Positions 7,486 to 14,978 of a DNA stretch of 32,000 nucleotides are shown piece by piece; position 1 is the stretch's first letter, and every line of letters starts with the position of its first letter. The position numbers and the translations under genes were made by a program. The notes beneath the pieces were generated by a model that was given only the letters and a program-made list of their open reading frames with translations, was not told where the DNA came from and searched no databases. This DNA comes from Thermodesulfobacteriota bacterium (GTDB taxonomy: Bacteria; Desulfobacterota; WTBG01; JAGOGO01). Where the stretch lies: contig CP113000.1 in assembly GCA_026625185.1 (NCBI GenBank), forward strand, positions 120,001-152,000, written 5' to 3'.

Positions 7486-9513
7486 CTAAAAGGGAATTTC
7501 CATCCCTCCATAGACAAATCGTCCTGCTTGAGGAAAAGCATAACTTTCTTCATACTTCTCATCGCAGACATTATCAACTCCCGCGTATAAATGCAATCTC
7601 CGGTTAAATAATGCTTGATCCACTTTCATGTTAAGGATGGTGAAATTGCCTAATTTCTTCTTTTGCAGAGGGGTGTTTTTGGAATAAAAATATTGGTCAG
7701 CCACCCGCGTCAAATTCACGTTGGCGGACAATCCGAAGTCAAACAAATAATTTCCTTCAGCCGTGAACTTATGTATCGGCCGGTATTGCAACTCGTCTTT
7801 TTCGCTTCCCGTGGACCGGTCTCTGGTGTGAAGGAAGGTATAGCCCAGGCGCACCATTAGGTTTTTGAAAAACCGGTTTTCCCCCATAATTTCAATGCCC
7901 TCAAAAAGGTATTTATCATTGTTTTGGTACCGGTCGACACTCGACGAAATAGCAACCTTTTCAATGTAATTTTTAACATCAGTATAGAATCCCGTCAGAC
8001 CGACTTTGGTTTGCCAGGGAAGGTTCTGCTCGATCCCGGCTTCATAATTATACGAGGTCTCGGTGCTCAAGCCAGGATTGCCGCTCTGCTCGTCGTAAAG
8101 CTGGCTGATAGAGGGGAACCGCGTCTTCCGGGCCGCCGAACCTTTTATTCTGGTGTCTTTGGTTAGGTCATAATAAAGGCCGGCAAGAAAATTCCAGTCG
8201 TGGTCGTTGCCGCCGCCGTCCTTTTCAAGCCAGTTGTGCCGGTATCCCAGCACCAGACCGGCGTGGTCGAACAACGTGACGTTGTACTCCAGAACTGCTG
8301 AAGAGACATCAAGGTCTTTGTCATCATCGAAATAGCGAAACGCATATTTTTTGGGTTTGGTTTTGGGAATCTCGACATCACGGATTTTCCCCTCGGAATC
8401 CCAGGATTCTCTCCGTCCGTTAAAGCCAAGGGTGAAAAATCCCCATGACTCCAAATCGTATTTTACCTGCATATTTGCACCGGTAATCCTGGAGTCGTCT
8501 CTCTCGTGGTAAGTTCCCTTGATCAGGGGGTCATCCATGGTTCGGTAGTGATTGTCATCATACCCCTTTTTATTTTCGCGCAGTTGATTGACGTACACCC
8601 AGGACCTCAGCTCCAATGGCCCGGGGACATCATAGGTGATCGCCACATGACCTGAAATTCCTTCCAAATCATCCACCCGTTCATATTTTGACTTGCTGGC
8701 AAAGTCATCAGTGCCGTTAATGGTGCTGGGGGGTTTGCCGAATTCACTTCGATAATATTGAAAGACCATGCCGATATCGAGATCATCACGGGGTGAATAG
8801 CCCCCCTGGGCGAAATAGTTCTGTCTTCTTCTAAAACTGTTTTCCCTCAAACCCCCGTTCTCTTGGTCGGTGGGGGTAAAATCATCAGCCAGCCTGAACC
8901 CGTTGGTATTGTACGCGCTGCTGCTCAGAAAAAAATTCATTTTATCGGAAGAACCGGATACAGTACCCCGCACAAGGGAAGTTTCTTCCTCTCCCCCTTC
9001 GCCGCTTAGGGTCCCATGAATGCCCTTCCGGCTCCCCTTTTTGGTAACAATGTTGATAACCCCGCCCAGATCTCCTTCTCCGTAAAGCAGGGAACTGTTT
9101 CCCCCCATCATTTTTATCTTGGCAATATTTTCCACCGGTATCAGGGTGGGATCGTACTGGCCGTCGACCGTAGAGTTAAGCGGGATGCCGTCAAGCAGGA
9201 TAAGGGTGTGACGGGGCTTGAACCCCCGGTAATCTACCCGGGGAACGCCCTCGCCTCCGGTTCTGATATTTACCCCGGGAAGCAACTGCAGCGCTTCATC
9301 AATTGTTCTGGCGTCCCTATTTTGTATGTCCTCAGCAGTGACTTCCCGGGTTGTTCCGACTGATTCTACTGCCGGTTTTTCGGCAGAAACTACAATTTCC
9401 CCTAAGGTATAGGTTCCGGTAGCATCATCAGTCTGACCAAAGGTTACTTGAGCCCCACTCAAAATTAATTCATATGCTAACAAACTTACCATAAAAAATA
9501 ACCATCGTCTCAT
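7486..9513 (-). CDS. TonB-dependent outer-membrane receptor (TBDR1)
   Basis: Signal peptide, TonB-box-like TLGEIVVSA, plug motifs (IDEALQLLPGVNI, LILLDGIPLN, GGVINIVTKKG). Long beta-rich barrel ending in an aromatic residue (...GGMEIPF). Strong SD GGAGGAG. Confidence 0.9.
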   Translation of the reverse strand: MRRWLFFMVSLLAYELILSGAQVTFGQTDDATGTYTLGEIVVSAEKPAVESVGTTREVTAEDIQNRDARTIDEALQLLPGVNIRTGGEGVPRVDYRGFKPRHTLILLDGIPLNSTVDGQYDPTLIPVENIAKIKMMGGNSSLLYGEGDLGGVINIVTKKGSRKGIHGTLSGEGGEEETSLVRGTVSGSSDKMNFFLSSSAYNTNGFRLADDFTPTDQENGGLRENSFRRRQNYFAQGGYSPRDDLDIGMVFQYYRSEFGKPPSTINGTDDFASKSKYERVDDLEGISGHVAITYDVPGPLELRSWVYVNQLRENKKGYDDNHYRTMDDPLIKGTYHERDDSRITGANMQVKYDLESWGFFTLGFNGRRESWDSEGKIRDVEIPKTKPKKYAFRYFDDDKDLDVSSAVLEYNVTLFDHAGLVLGYRHNWLEKDGGGNDHDWNFLAGLYYDLTKDTRIKGSAARKTRFPSISQLYDEQSGNPGLSTETSYNYEAGIEQNLPWQTKVGLTGFYTDVKNYIEKVAISSSVDRYQNNDKYLFEGIEIMGENRFFKNLMVRLGYTFLHTRDRSTGSEKDELQYRPIHKFTAEGNYLFDFGLSANVNLTRVADQYFYSKNTPLQKKKLGNFTILNMKVDQALFNRRLHLYAGVDNVCDEKYEESYAFPQAGRFVYGGMEIPF

Positions 9514-9557
9514 AAACTCTCCTCCAAGAAATAATTTGGTATAATCAGTATTAATTT

Positions 9558-9569
9558 GTAATTATTTGT
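9558..9569. promoter_or_regulatory. Copy 1 of shared 12-mer ACAAATAATTAC (reads GTAATTATTTGT on the + strand)
   Basis: Perfect inverted partner of 9648-9659, 78 nt away. The same 12-mer recurs at 30756-30767 in the TBDR2 operon promoter region. Confidence 0.5.
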
Positions 9570-9587
9570 TGTTAAAATGAATTTTAT

Positions 9588-9616
9588 TTTTTAGCAGATA
9601 TGTTTTTCCTGGTCAA
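9588..9616 (-). promoter_or_regulatory. Candidate promoter for the TBDR1-ECF operon
   Basis: Minus-strand TTGACC (9616-9611), 17-nt spacer, TAAAAA (9593-9588). The -35 context TTTCTTGACCAGG resembles TTTCTTGACAAGG at the TBDR2 operon promoter. Confidence 0.3.
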
Positions 9617-9644
9617 GAAAAAAATAAGTAAAATTATCAATTAA

Positions 9645-9673
9645 TTGACAAATAATTACTTATAATTTAAAAT
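9645..9673 (+). promoter_or_regulatory. Candidate sigma70 promoter for tupB
   Basis: TTGACA (9645-9650), 17-nt spacer, TAAAAT (9668-9673), 100 nt upstream of the tupB ATG. The -35 overlaps 12-mer copy 2. Confidence 0.4.
9648..9659. promoter_or_regulatory. Copy 2 of shared 12-mer ACAAATAATTAC
   Basis: Exact match to 30756-30767 and exact reverse complement of 9558-9569. A degenerate copy (ACAATTATTTCC) lies at 9677-9688. Confidence 0.5.
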
Positions 9674-9773
9674 AATAACAATTATTTCCTTACATTAAGG
9701 GCATTATTAAGCCCTTGAGAAAATTTATTGCCTATTTCTTTGTGGTGGATTTTTATATAAGGAAAACAATATA

Positions 9774-10466
9774 ATGGATTTTATCCTCGAAGGGTTTCGT
9801 CAGGCGCTCAATCTCATCGTATCGTTAGACCAGGAAGTTCTTGGTATCGCCTTTCTTTCTCTATGGGTCTCAACCTCGGCTACCATCTTTGCTTCTTTTA
9901 TCGGGGTTCCCCTCGGGTTTGTCATTGGAGCTACCCAATTTCCGGGAAAGCACATGACCATTACTTTTTTTAACACCCTCCTGTCCTTTCCCACGGTGGT
10001 AGTAGGGCTTTTGGTTTTTGCTTTTATTTCCCGACAGGGCCCGTTCGGTTTTTTGGGTATTCTCTTTTCGCCAACCGCGATGATTATCGGCCAGTTTATC
10101 CTGGTTATCCCCATAATAACCGCGCTTACTATTGCAGCCGTGCAGGGGGTTGATCGGAGAGTACGATTGACTGCCCTTACCCTCGGCGCTAACCGGATGC
10201 AGACCAGCATTACGGTCTTGAACGAAGCCCGGTTTGCCCTCATGGCCGCTATTATTGCGGGATTCGGCCGAATCGTTGGCGAGGTTGGCGCGGCGATAAT
10301 GCTTGGGGGTAATATCCGGAATTACACCCGAACGATAACCACCGCGATTGCTCTGGAAACCAGCAAAGGTGACTTTGGCTTCGCTATTGCCCTGGGAATA
10401 ATTTTGATGATTGTCTCATTTGCCGTCAATATCCTTTTCCGCTATTTTCAACAAAGAGGAAGTTAA
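9774..10466 (+). CDS. tupB: Tungstate-type ABC transporter permease (TupB-like)
   Basis: 230-aa, 5-6 TM permease with the TupB-typical segment LGANRMQ...GFGRIVGEVGAAIMLGGNI. TupA-type binding proteins and a TupC-like ATPase lie in the same window. Confidence 0.75.
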   Translation: MDFILEGFRQALNLIVSLDQEVLGIAFLSLWVSTSATIFASFIGVPLGFVIGATQFPGKHMTITFFNTLLSFPTVVVGLLVFAFISRQGPFGFLGILFSPTAMIIGQFILVIPIITALTIAAVQGVDRRVRLTALTLGANRMQTSITVLNEARFALMAAIIAGFGRIVGEVGAAIMLGGNIRNYTRTITTAIALETSKGDFGFAIALGIILMIVSFAVNILFRYFQQRGS

Positions 10467-10535
10467 TGAATAGGCATGCAGGGAATGACACCACCGATTG
10501 GAAGGCCTTTCCCCGACCACGAGAAAAAAATGCCC

Positions 10536-10564
10536 TTGACATACCTTTCATTCAGACTTATCAT
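10536..10564 (+). promoter_or_regulatory. Candidate sigma70 promoter for the MoSto-like gene
   Basis: TTGACA (10536-10541), exactly 17 nt, TATCAT (10559-10564), 76 nt before the ATG at 10641. Confidence 0.4.
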
Positions 10565-10640
10565 CACAGAATAAAAGGGTATTCCGACACTATGACCCAA
10601 GCAAAATTAACAAAAAGATAGTTTCCTTAAAAAAAATTCC

Positions 10641-11498
10641 ATGGCACGGTTGATAAAGGAAAAAAACGAAAAGGGCAGACTCCATATTGATTCTCTTCTC
10701 ATGGGAGAATCTCTGGTAAGTAAGGATTTCCTCCAGCGGACCAAGGCCAAAGAACAGTTCCGGATGCATCCGGATATTAATGTTTTAAAAATAGGTGGCC
10801 AAAGCATTATCGACCGTGGGCGTAAAGCTCTGCTCCCTATCATTGATGTGCTGGTCCAAGCTAAAGAGAAGTATAAAATCTTATTGATGACCGGCGGTGG
10901 CAGCCGGGCTCGTCATGTCTATCATATTGGTATTGATCTGGGGATGTCTCCGGGGATTCTTTCTAAGCTGGGGGACAGAGTAGCCTGGCAAAACGCGATT
11001 ATGCTTGCAGTGGTTTTGTCTAAATACGGGGGGATAAAAATTTCGACCGGGGACGACCTGCAGCAGTTGACCATGTACTGCCAACTGGGATATATCCCGA
11101 TCACCGAAGGGATACCGCCTTATGGACTTTTTGAACATCCACCCGAACATGGTTCTATACCTCCGCATCGGACCGACTGCGGGGCTTTTCTGTTGGCGGA
11201 AAATATCGGGGCACGATCATTGATTTATCTCAAGGACGAAGCCGGGCTCTATGAAAGCGATCCCAAGAAGGTAAAAAAAGCAGATCGTAAAAGGCTCAGG
11301 TATTTTGATCGCATCTCAGCCCGTGAGCTTCTTAAATTGGATCTCGACGACCTGGTGATTGAACGTCCCATCATTCATTTTCTACAAAAGGCTCAGTCCA
11401 TCAAGGAACTTCAGATTATTGATGCGCTCCGGCATCCTGAACACATTCTTGCCGCCCTTGAAGGAAAGCACGTAGGTACTATTATTTACCAAGATTAA
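10641..11498 (+). CDS. Molybdenum/tungsten storage protein (MoSto, MosA/MosB-like), amino-acid-kinase/UMP-kinase fold
   Basis: Collinear blocks that I recall from A. vinelandii MosB: VLKIGGQSIIDRGR, LLMTGGGSRARHVY, GIPPY, GSIPPHRTDCGAFLLAE, LKDEAGLYESDPK, GKHVGTIIY. Recalled from memory, not searched. Confidence 0.75.
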   Translation: MARLIKEKNEKGRLHIDSLLMGESLVSKDFLQRTKAKEQFRMHPDINVLKIGGQSIIDRGRKALLPIIDVLVQAKEKYKILLMTGGGSRARHVYHIGIDLGMSPGILSKLGDRVAWQNAIMLAVVLSKYGGIKISTGDDLQQLTMYCQLGYIPITEGIPPYGLFEHPPEHGSIPPHRTDCGAFLLAENIGARSLIYLKDEAGLYESDPKKVKKADRKRLRYFDRISARELLKLDLDDLVIERPIIHFLQKAQSIKELQIIDALRHPEHILAALEGKHVGTIIYQD

Positions 11499-11531
11499 TA
11501 CTTATGCTGAAAATCCTACGGAGTGAGCCGT

Positions 11532-11741
11532 TTAAGTCTGCTTCCCGGTCTTGTCACCTTGATGAGTGAGGTAGACTATTTCAGCTCCAGTGATTGTGGC
11601 AATTTCATTGAGCTCTTGTTGACGAATGTGAGTAAGGTGGATCTTTAAATCGCTACCGCTCACCCCAACGACGCGAAATCGAGGTTTTTTTTCACCTTCT
11701 TGGCTTTTGCGTCTTTCTCGGACAAAAATTTTTGTATCCAT
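11532..11741 (-). CDS. Small basic hypothetical protein (69 aa)
   Basis: Strong SD (AAAGGAGG) 7 nt before the ATG. Divergent from padR. No family recognised. Confidence 0.55.
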   Translation of the reverse strand: MDTKIFVRERRKSQEGEKKPRFRVVGVSGSDLKIHLTHIRQQELNEIATITGAEIVYLTHQGDKTGKQT

Positions 11742-11804
11742 GGCAACCTCCTTTAGCGTGGGAATAAAATTAATGATTTTTCAAACACTATAATTTTGTC
11801 TATT

Positions 11805-11820
11805 AAGAATATATATTCTT
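11805..11820. promoter_or_regulatory. Perfect 16-bp palindrome AAGAATATATATTCTT; candidate PadR autoregulatory operator
   Basis: Located 10 nt upstream of the padR ATG, abutting its SD, in the 88-nt divergent region shared with the 69-aa gene. Confidence 0.4.
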
Positions 11821-11829
11821 TAAGGATAT

Positions 11830-12216
11830 ATGTCAAGAAAAAAAATACCCATAAATAAACCGACTCCGAAGCATCCATCCCAAGGAAAACAGGAGCGTTA
11901 CATCCAGCCCTCCATTTTGATGGGCCTTTTCTTCAAGTCCTCTTACGGATATGAATTGATTCATAATATTCAAAGCTTTGGTTTTGTGGAGGGGCAGGCG
12001 CCGCCGGGAATGATCTATCGTCATTTACGTCAGATGGAAGAAGATGGGTTAGTGTCTTCGAAATGGAAGACCGAGGGGACCGGCCCGGCAAAACGCGTCT
12101 ATTGGATAACCCCTGAAGGCAAAGAGGTACTCGGGGTCTGGATCGAATATATGAAAGGACAGGCTAAAAATTTAACTACCTTCATTAATCACTATCAGGC
12201 AGTACAAAAAAAATAA
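11830..12216 (+). CDS. PadR-family transcriptional regulator
   Basis: Winged-helix PadR pattern: SYGYELIHNI ... PGMIYRHLRQMEEDGLVSSKW ... KRVYWITPEGKEVL. SD AAGGA. Confidence 0.85.
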   Translation: MSRKKIPINKPTPKHPSQGKQERYIQPSILMGLFFKSSYGYELIHNIQSFGFVEGQAPPGMIYRHLRQMEEDGLVSSKWKTEGTGPAKRVYWITPEGKEVLGVWIEYMKGQAKNLTTFINHYQAVQKK

Positions 12217-12289
12217 AACCTGGTCATGTTATTAAGGAGAAAAGGAGTTGTTAAATATCTTATCTCGTTATTCTCAAAAGAAATAACAA

Positions 12290-12967
12290 ATGGGAAAATA
12301 TCTTTTCAAAATCGAGGATCTCACCCATATATATGAGGACCGTACTATTCTCAATATTTTCTCCCTTGCCTTTGAAGAGAAAAAAATCCACGCCATCACC
12401 GGTCCCAATGGCTCAGGGAAAACAACCCTCTGTAATATCCTGGGCCTGCTTTTAAAACCTACCTTCGGTAAGATTTGGTATCAGGAGGAGATGTTTTATG
12501 AAAATGGAGGCCTTCCTGAGAGACTGCGAAAAAAAATTACCATGGTCCATCAAAACCCTTTTCTTTTCCATACCACGGTAGAAAAAAATGTGGCGTATGG
12601 TCTCAAAGTGCGTAACTACTCCCATTCTCAGCGGAACCAAAAAGTCGCATCATTCCTTAAGCTCATGGGAATAGAGCATCTTCGGCACCAGCAAGGAACC
12701 CGTCTTTCGGGCGGAGAGACTCAGCGAGTAGCAGTGGCAAGAGCTTTGGCAATTGATCCGGAAGTATTAATCTTGGACGAATTCACTGCCAATGTGGACC
12801 GAAACTACGTCAAGATCATAGAAGGAGTAATACAGGATGTTTTTCGGCAAAAAAATATCACTATTTTCTTAGTCACTCACGACGAAAACCAAGCCTCCCG
12901 GATCGCGCATACGGTTACTCATCTCATTGACGGTGAGGTAGTGGACCACTCGTCTCTATCCCATTAA
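12290..12967 (+). CDS. tupC: ABC transporter ATP-binding protein (TupC-like)
   Basis: Walker A GPNGSGKTT, signature LSGGETQRV, Walker B LILDEF. The 225-aa single-NBD size is typical of TupC. The tupC assignment rests on context with tupB/tupA. Confidence 0.7.
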   Translation: MGKYLFKIEDLTHIYEDRTILNIFSLAFEEKKIHAITGPNGSGKTTLCNILGLLLKPTFGKIWYQEEMFYENGGLPERLRKKITMVHQNPFLFHTTVEKNVAYGLKVRNYSHSQRNQKVASFLKLMGIEHLRHQQGTRLSGGETQRVAVARALAIDPEVLILDEFTANVDRNYVKIIEGVIQDVFRQKNITIFLVTHDENQASRIAHTVTHLIDGEVVDHSSLSH

Positions 12968-13101
12968 CACCAGGTCGCCTTCATTTGCATACCTTTGCTA
13001 TCTCCTCGTCATACTCCTCGACGTCGATTACTCGTCACCGCCTCGACCTACTTTTGAATGCACCTTGGTATAACGCCCCCTCCTTTCCCTTCATCTGGGT
13101 C

Positions 13102-13362
13102 AAAGTCAATAATGATAAGATATTCTGACAAATAAAAACCCCGCTCGATCTATGAGAAGGAGGGGTGCAAAGTTTTAAACAATGCCTCAATCCAGCGATA
13201 AAAGATGCCATTGCGAGTGAAACGAAGCAATCTCAAATTTTAGGATGAGATTGCCGCGCACCTTTTGGGTGCTCGCAATGGCAGGCACATCAATGCTTGT
13301 TTTTGTTATCGCTGGATTAAAGCAATGTATAATTAAGCGGCTGCTGATTTTATTTTGAATTG
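13102..13362 (-). repeat. Copy A of a ~118-nt 3'UTR/terminator module, interrupted by a 134-nt insertion
   Basis: 13102-13184 plus 13328-13362 align with 14979-15096 (e.g. AAAGTCAATAAT..GACAAATAAAA(A)CCCCGCTCGATCTATGA..; TATAATTAA.CG.CTGCTGATTT). Lies just downstream of the YihY-like stop. The stem is degraded in this copy. Confidence 0.7.
13185..13318. mobile_element. MITE-like non-coding insertion with 13-bp terminal inverted repeats and nested internal stems
   Basis: Absent from the paralogous copy B. TIRs: AATCCAGCGATAA (13189-13201) and TTATCGCTGGATT (13306-13318). Nested pairs: GCCATTGCGAG/CTCGCAATGGC, GCAATCTC/GAGATTGC, GCACC/GGTGC. Flanked by AAACAATG and AAAGCAATG, resembling a target-site duplication. 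Confidence 0.55.
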
Positions 13363-13392
13363 AACTGTATAAAACTTATTTATTTGCTTACA

Positions 13393-14724
13393 TCATAGAT
13401 CTTTCAAAAGCTTGTTGTCCGGCAGTTTTTCAATGGTTTTGCCAAATGTTTCTAATAACACTGATAGGGTCTCAAATTCGGGCGTATGAGCGAAGGGCAT
13501 GGTATTGACGCCTCGTTGTTCCATAGCGTCAATGACGTACTGTATCGAAAGCGTGTTGATGTCGAGAGCGGGCTGGTACCCGCGTTCTCCCTCCGTATCG
13601 GTAACCGAAACAATTCGGCATTTCACCAGATCAAACAGGATTTCGTTGACCAAGCGGATCGGAATTTCGAGCTGGTTTGATATGTCACTATCCGTCAATG
13701 GCTTTTCTCTCCGAATAAAATTTCGAATCAGGTGGTGGGTGATTTGGAGGGAAAGCAACGTTTTGATGCGATGACTCGCCTGAAGGGCGTCCGGTTCAAA
13801 CTCGTAGGTGTCAACATTCTGGTGAGCGAAGGATATTTCGGCCCCGTACAAAACGACCCGCCAGCTCAACTGGAGCCAGGCCATGAATAGCGGCAGCGCG
13901 GCAAAGCTGCCATAGATGGCATTGTAACTGGCTATGCCGATCTGAAACCTGATGTATACCCACTGAAGGACCTGATAAATGGTGCCGGTAATAACACCAG
14001 CCAGGAGGCCGGACGTGAAGCGGACCCTCGTATTCGGCATAAAAATATAAAGAAAGGTGAAAACACCCCAAAGAAGGGTATAGGGCAGCAGCTTCAGCAA
14101 TAGAAACACCAGAAAGCGAAGGTTCCCCAGAATGGCGACCTTTTCCGTAATCAGGGTCACCTGAGTCGTGATGAAGACAGTCACGCTGCCGGAAAGAATG
14201 ATAATTACGGGACAGATCAGCATGAGGGATAGGTAATCCCCGAACTTCCGGCCGATCGTCCGCTGTTCCTTGATTCCCCAAATGTCATTGAAGGAGCTTT
14301 CGATCTGCCCCAGTACCTGTAGTACGGACCAAAAAAGGATGATCAAACCGACCCCGGCGATCACCCCCCCTTGTGTATTTTCCAGGAGTGAATGGGAAAA
14401 TTGTATGACCTTGGCCAGAATATCCTCGTGTCCGGACAGCTTGTCGCGCAATTGCTCTACCAACATTTTTTCAAAACCGAAACCCTTTGCGATGCCGAAG
14501 GCCATGGCCGCGACAGGAACGATCGAGATCATCGTAAAAAATGTCAAAGCCGACGCGCGTAGGGAACATTTGTCCTCGTCAAAGCTTCGAATGGAGAGGG
14601 TTACCACCCTCAAAAGATGGAGGGAAAAAGATTTGCCGCGAGGGAGTTTTGTTCGGCGAATTCTCCAGATATCGTGTTTGATAAAATCCCTTGTCTTTTG
14701 AATCCTTTTTTTGATGGCATCCAT
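13393..14724 (-). CDS. YihY/BrkB-family inner-membrane protein with a ~110-aa cytoplasmic C-terminal extension
   Basis: SLRASALTFFTMISIVPVAAMAFGIAKGFG and six hydrophobic segments typical of YihY. Strong SD AAGGAGG. The soluble C-terminal tail (about aa 330-443) has no motif I recognise. Confidence 0.85.
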   Translation of the reverse strand: MDAIKKRIQKTRDFIKHDIWRIRRTKLPRGKSFSLHLLRVVTLSIRSFDEDKCSLRASALTFFTMISIVPVAAMAFGIAKGFGFEKMLVEQLRDKLSGHEDILAKVIQFSHSLLENTQGGVIAGVGLIILFWSVLQVLGQIESSFNDIWGIKEQRTIGRKFGDYLSLMLICPVIIILSGSVTVFITTQVTLITEKVAILGNLRFLVFLLLKLLPYTLLWGVFTFLYIFMPNTRVRFTSGLLAGVITGTIYQVLQWVYIRFQIGIASYNAIYGSFAALPLFMAWLQLSWRVVLYGAEISFAHQNVDTYEFEPDALQASHRIKTLLSLQITHHLIRNFIRREKPLTDSDISNQLEIPIRLVNEILFDLVKCRIVSVTDTEGERGYQPALDINTLSIQYVIDAMEQRGVNTMPFAHTPEFETLSVLLETFGKTIEKLPDNKLLKDL

Positions 14725-14978
14725 GAACCCCTCCTTTCGGATAGATTAACTCCTCATCCAGCTTGAGTTTGCTAATAATTATATTTGCTCTCCAAAAATG
14801 TTTATACGGATCTATGGGAATGAGTCTAAAAATAAAAAAGACCCATCGCTTTTTTATCCAGCGATCCGGCCTTTTTTTTATTCTCATCACTCATGGAAGT
14901 CCCATCCTTAGTGATAGAAATTTTTTGTACTGTTATTATTGCTTACTTTGCTTTGATCTTTTTAACTCGTGGGAGAGA

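Noticed and set aside
4828-9363. Plus-strand ORFs antisense to the 241-aa, EcfT, ATPase and TBDR1 genes (e.g. 4828-5127, 5169-5477, 5547-5768, 6173-6412, 6917-7420, 7663-8166, 9016-9363), plus out-of-frame minus-strand ORFs 8163-8429 and 8607-8789
   Set aside because: These are shadow ORFs inside confident genes, with Arg/Pro/Ser-rich translations and no start signals.
9514-9773. Possible cobalamin or Moco riboswitch upstream of TBDR1, TBDR2, tupB or tupA
   Set aside because: The leaders are short and AT-rich. I could not find a B12-box-like element or anything I can align to the Moco motif from memory. A covariance-model scan is needed before claiming presence or absence.
12990-13100. TCG-rich quasi-periodic tract (CTCGTCA / CTCGACG / CTCGTCA / CTCGACC) after tupC
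   Set aside because: The copies are too short and irregular to call a repeat family. I found no convincing hairpin, ORF or known RNA motif, so it is left unannotated.
13486-14701. ORFs within or antisense to the YihY-like gene (13486-13680, 13499-13774, 13811-14281, 14270-14701)
   Set aside because: They are alternative-frame or antisense shadows of a confident membrane-protein gene.
14838-14880. Short hairpin ATCGCT/AGCGAT with flanking T/A runs, sharing TCCAGCGAT with the MITE terminal repeat
   Set aside because: The stem is only 6 bp and the 9-nt match to the TIR could be chance. It is mentioned under the MITE finding but not called as a feature.
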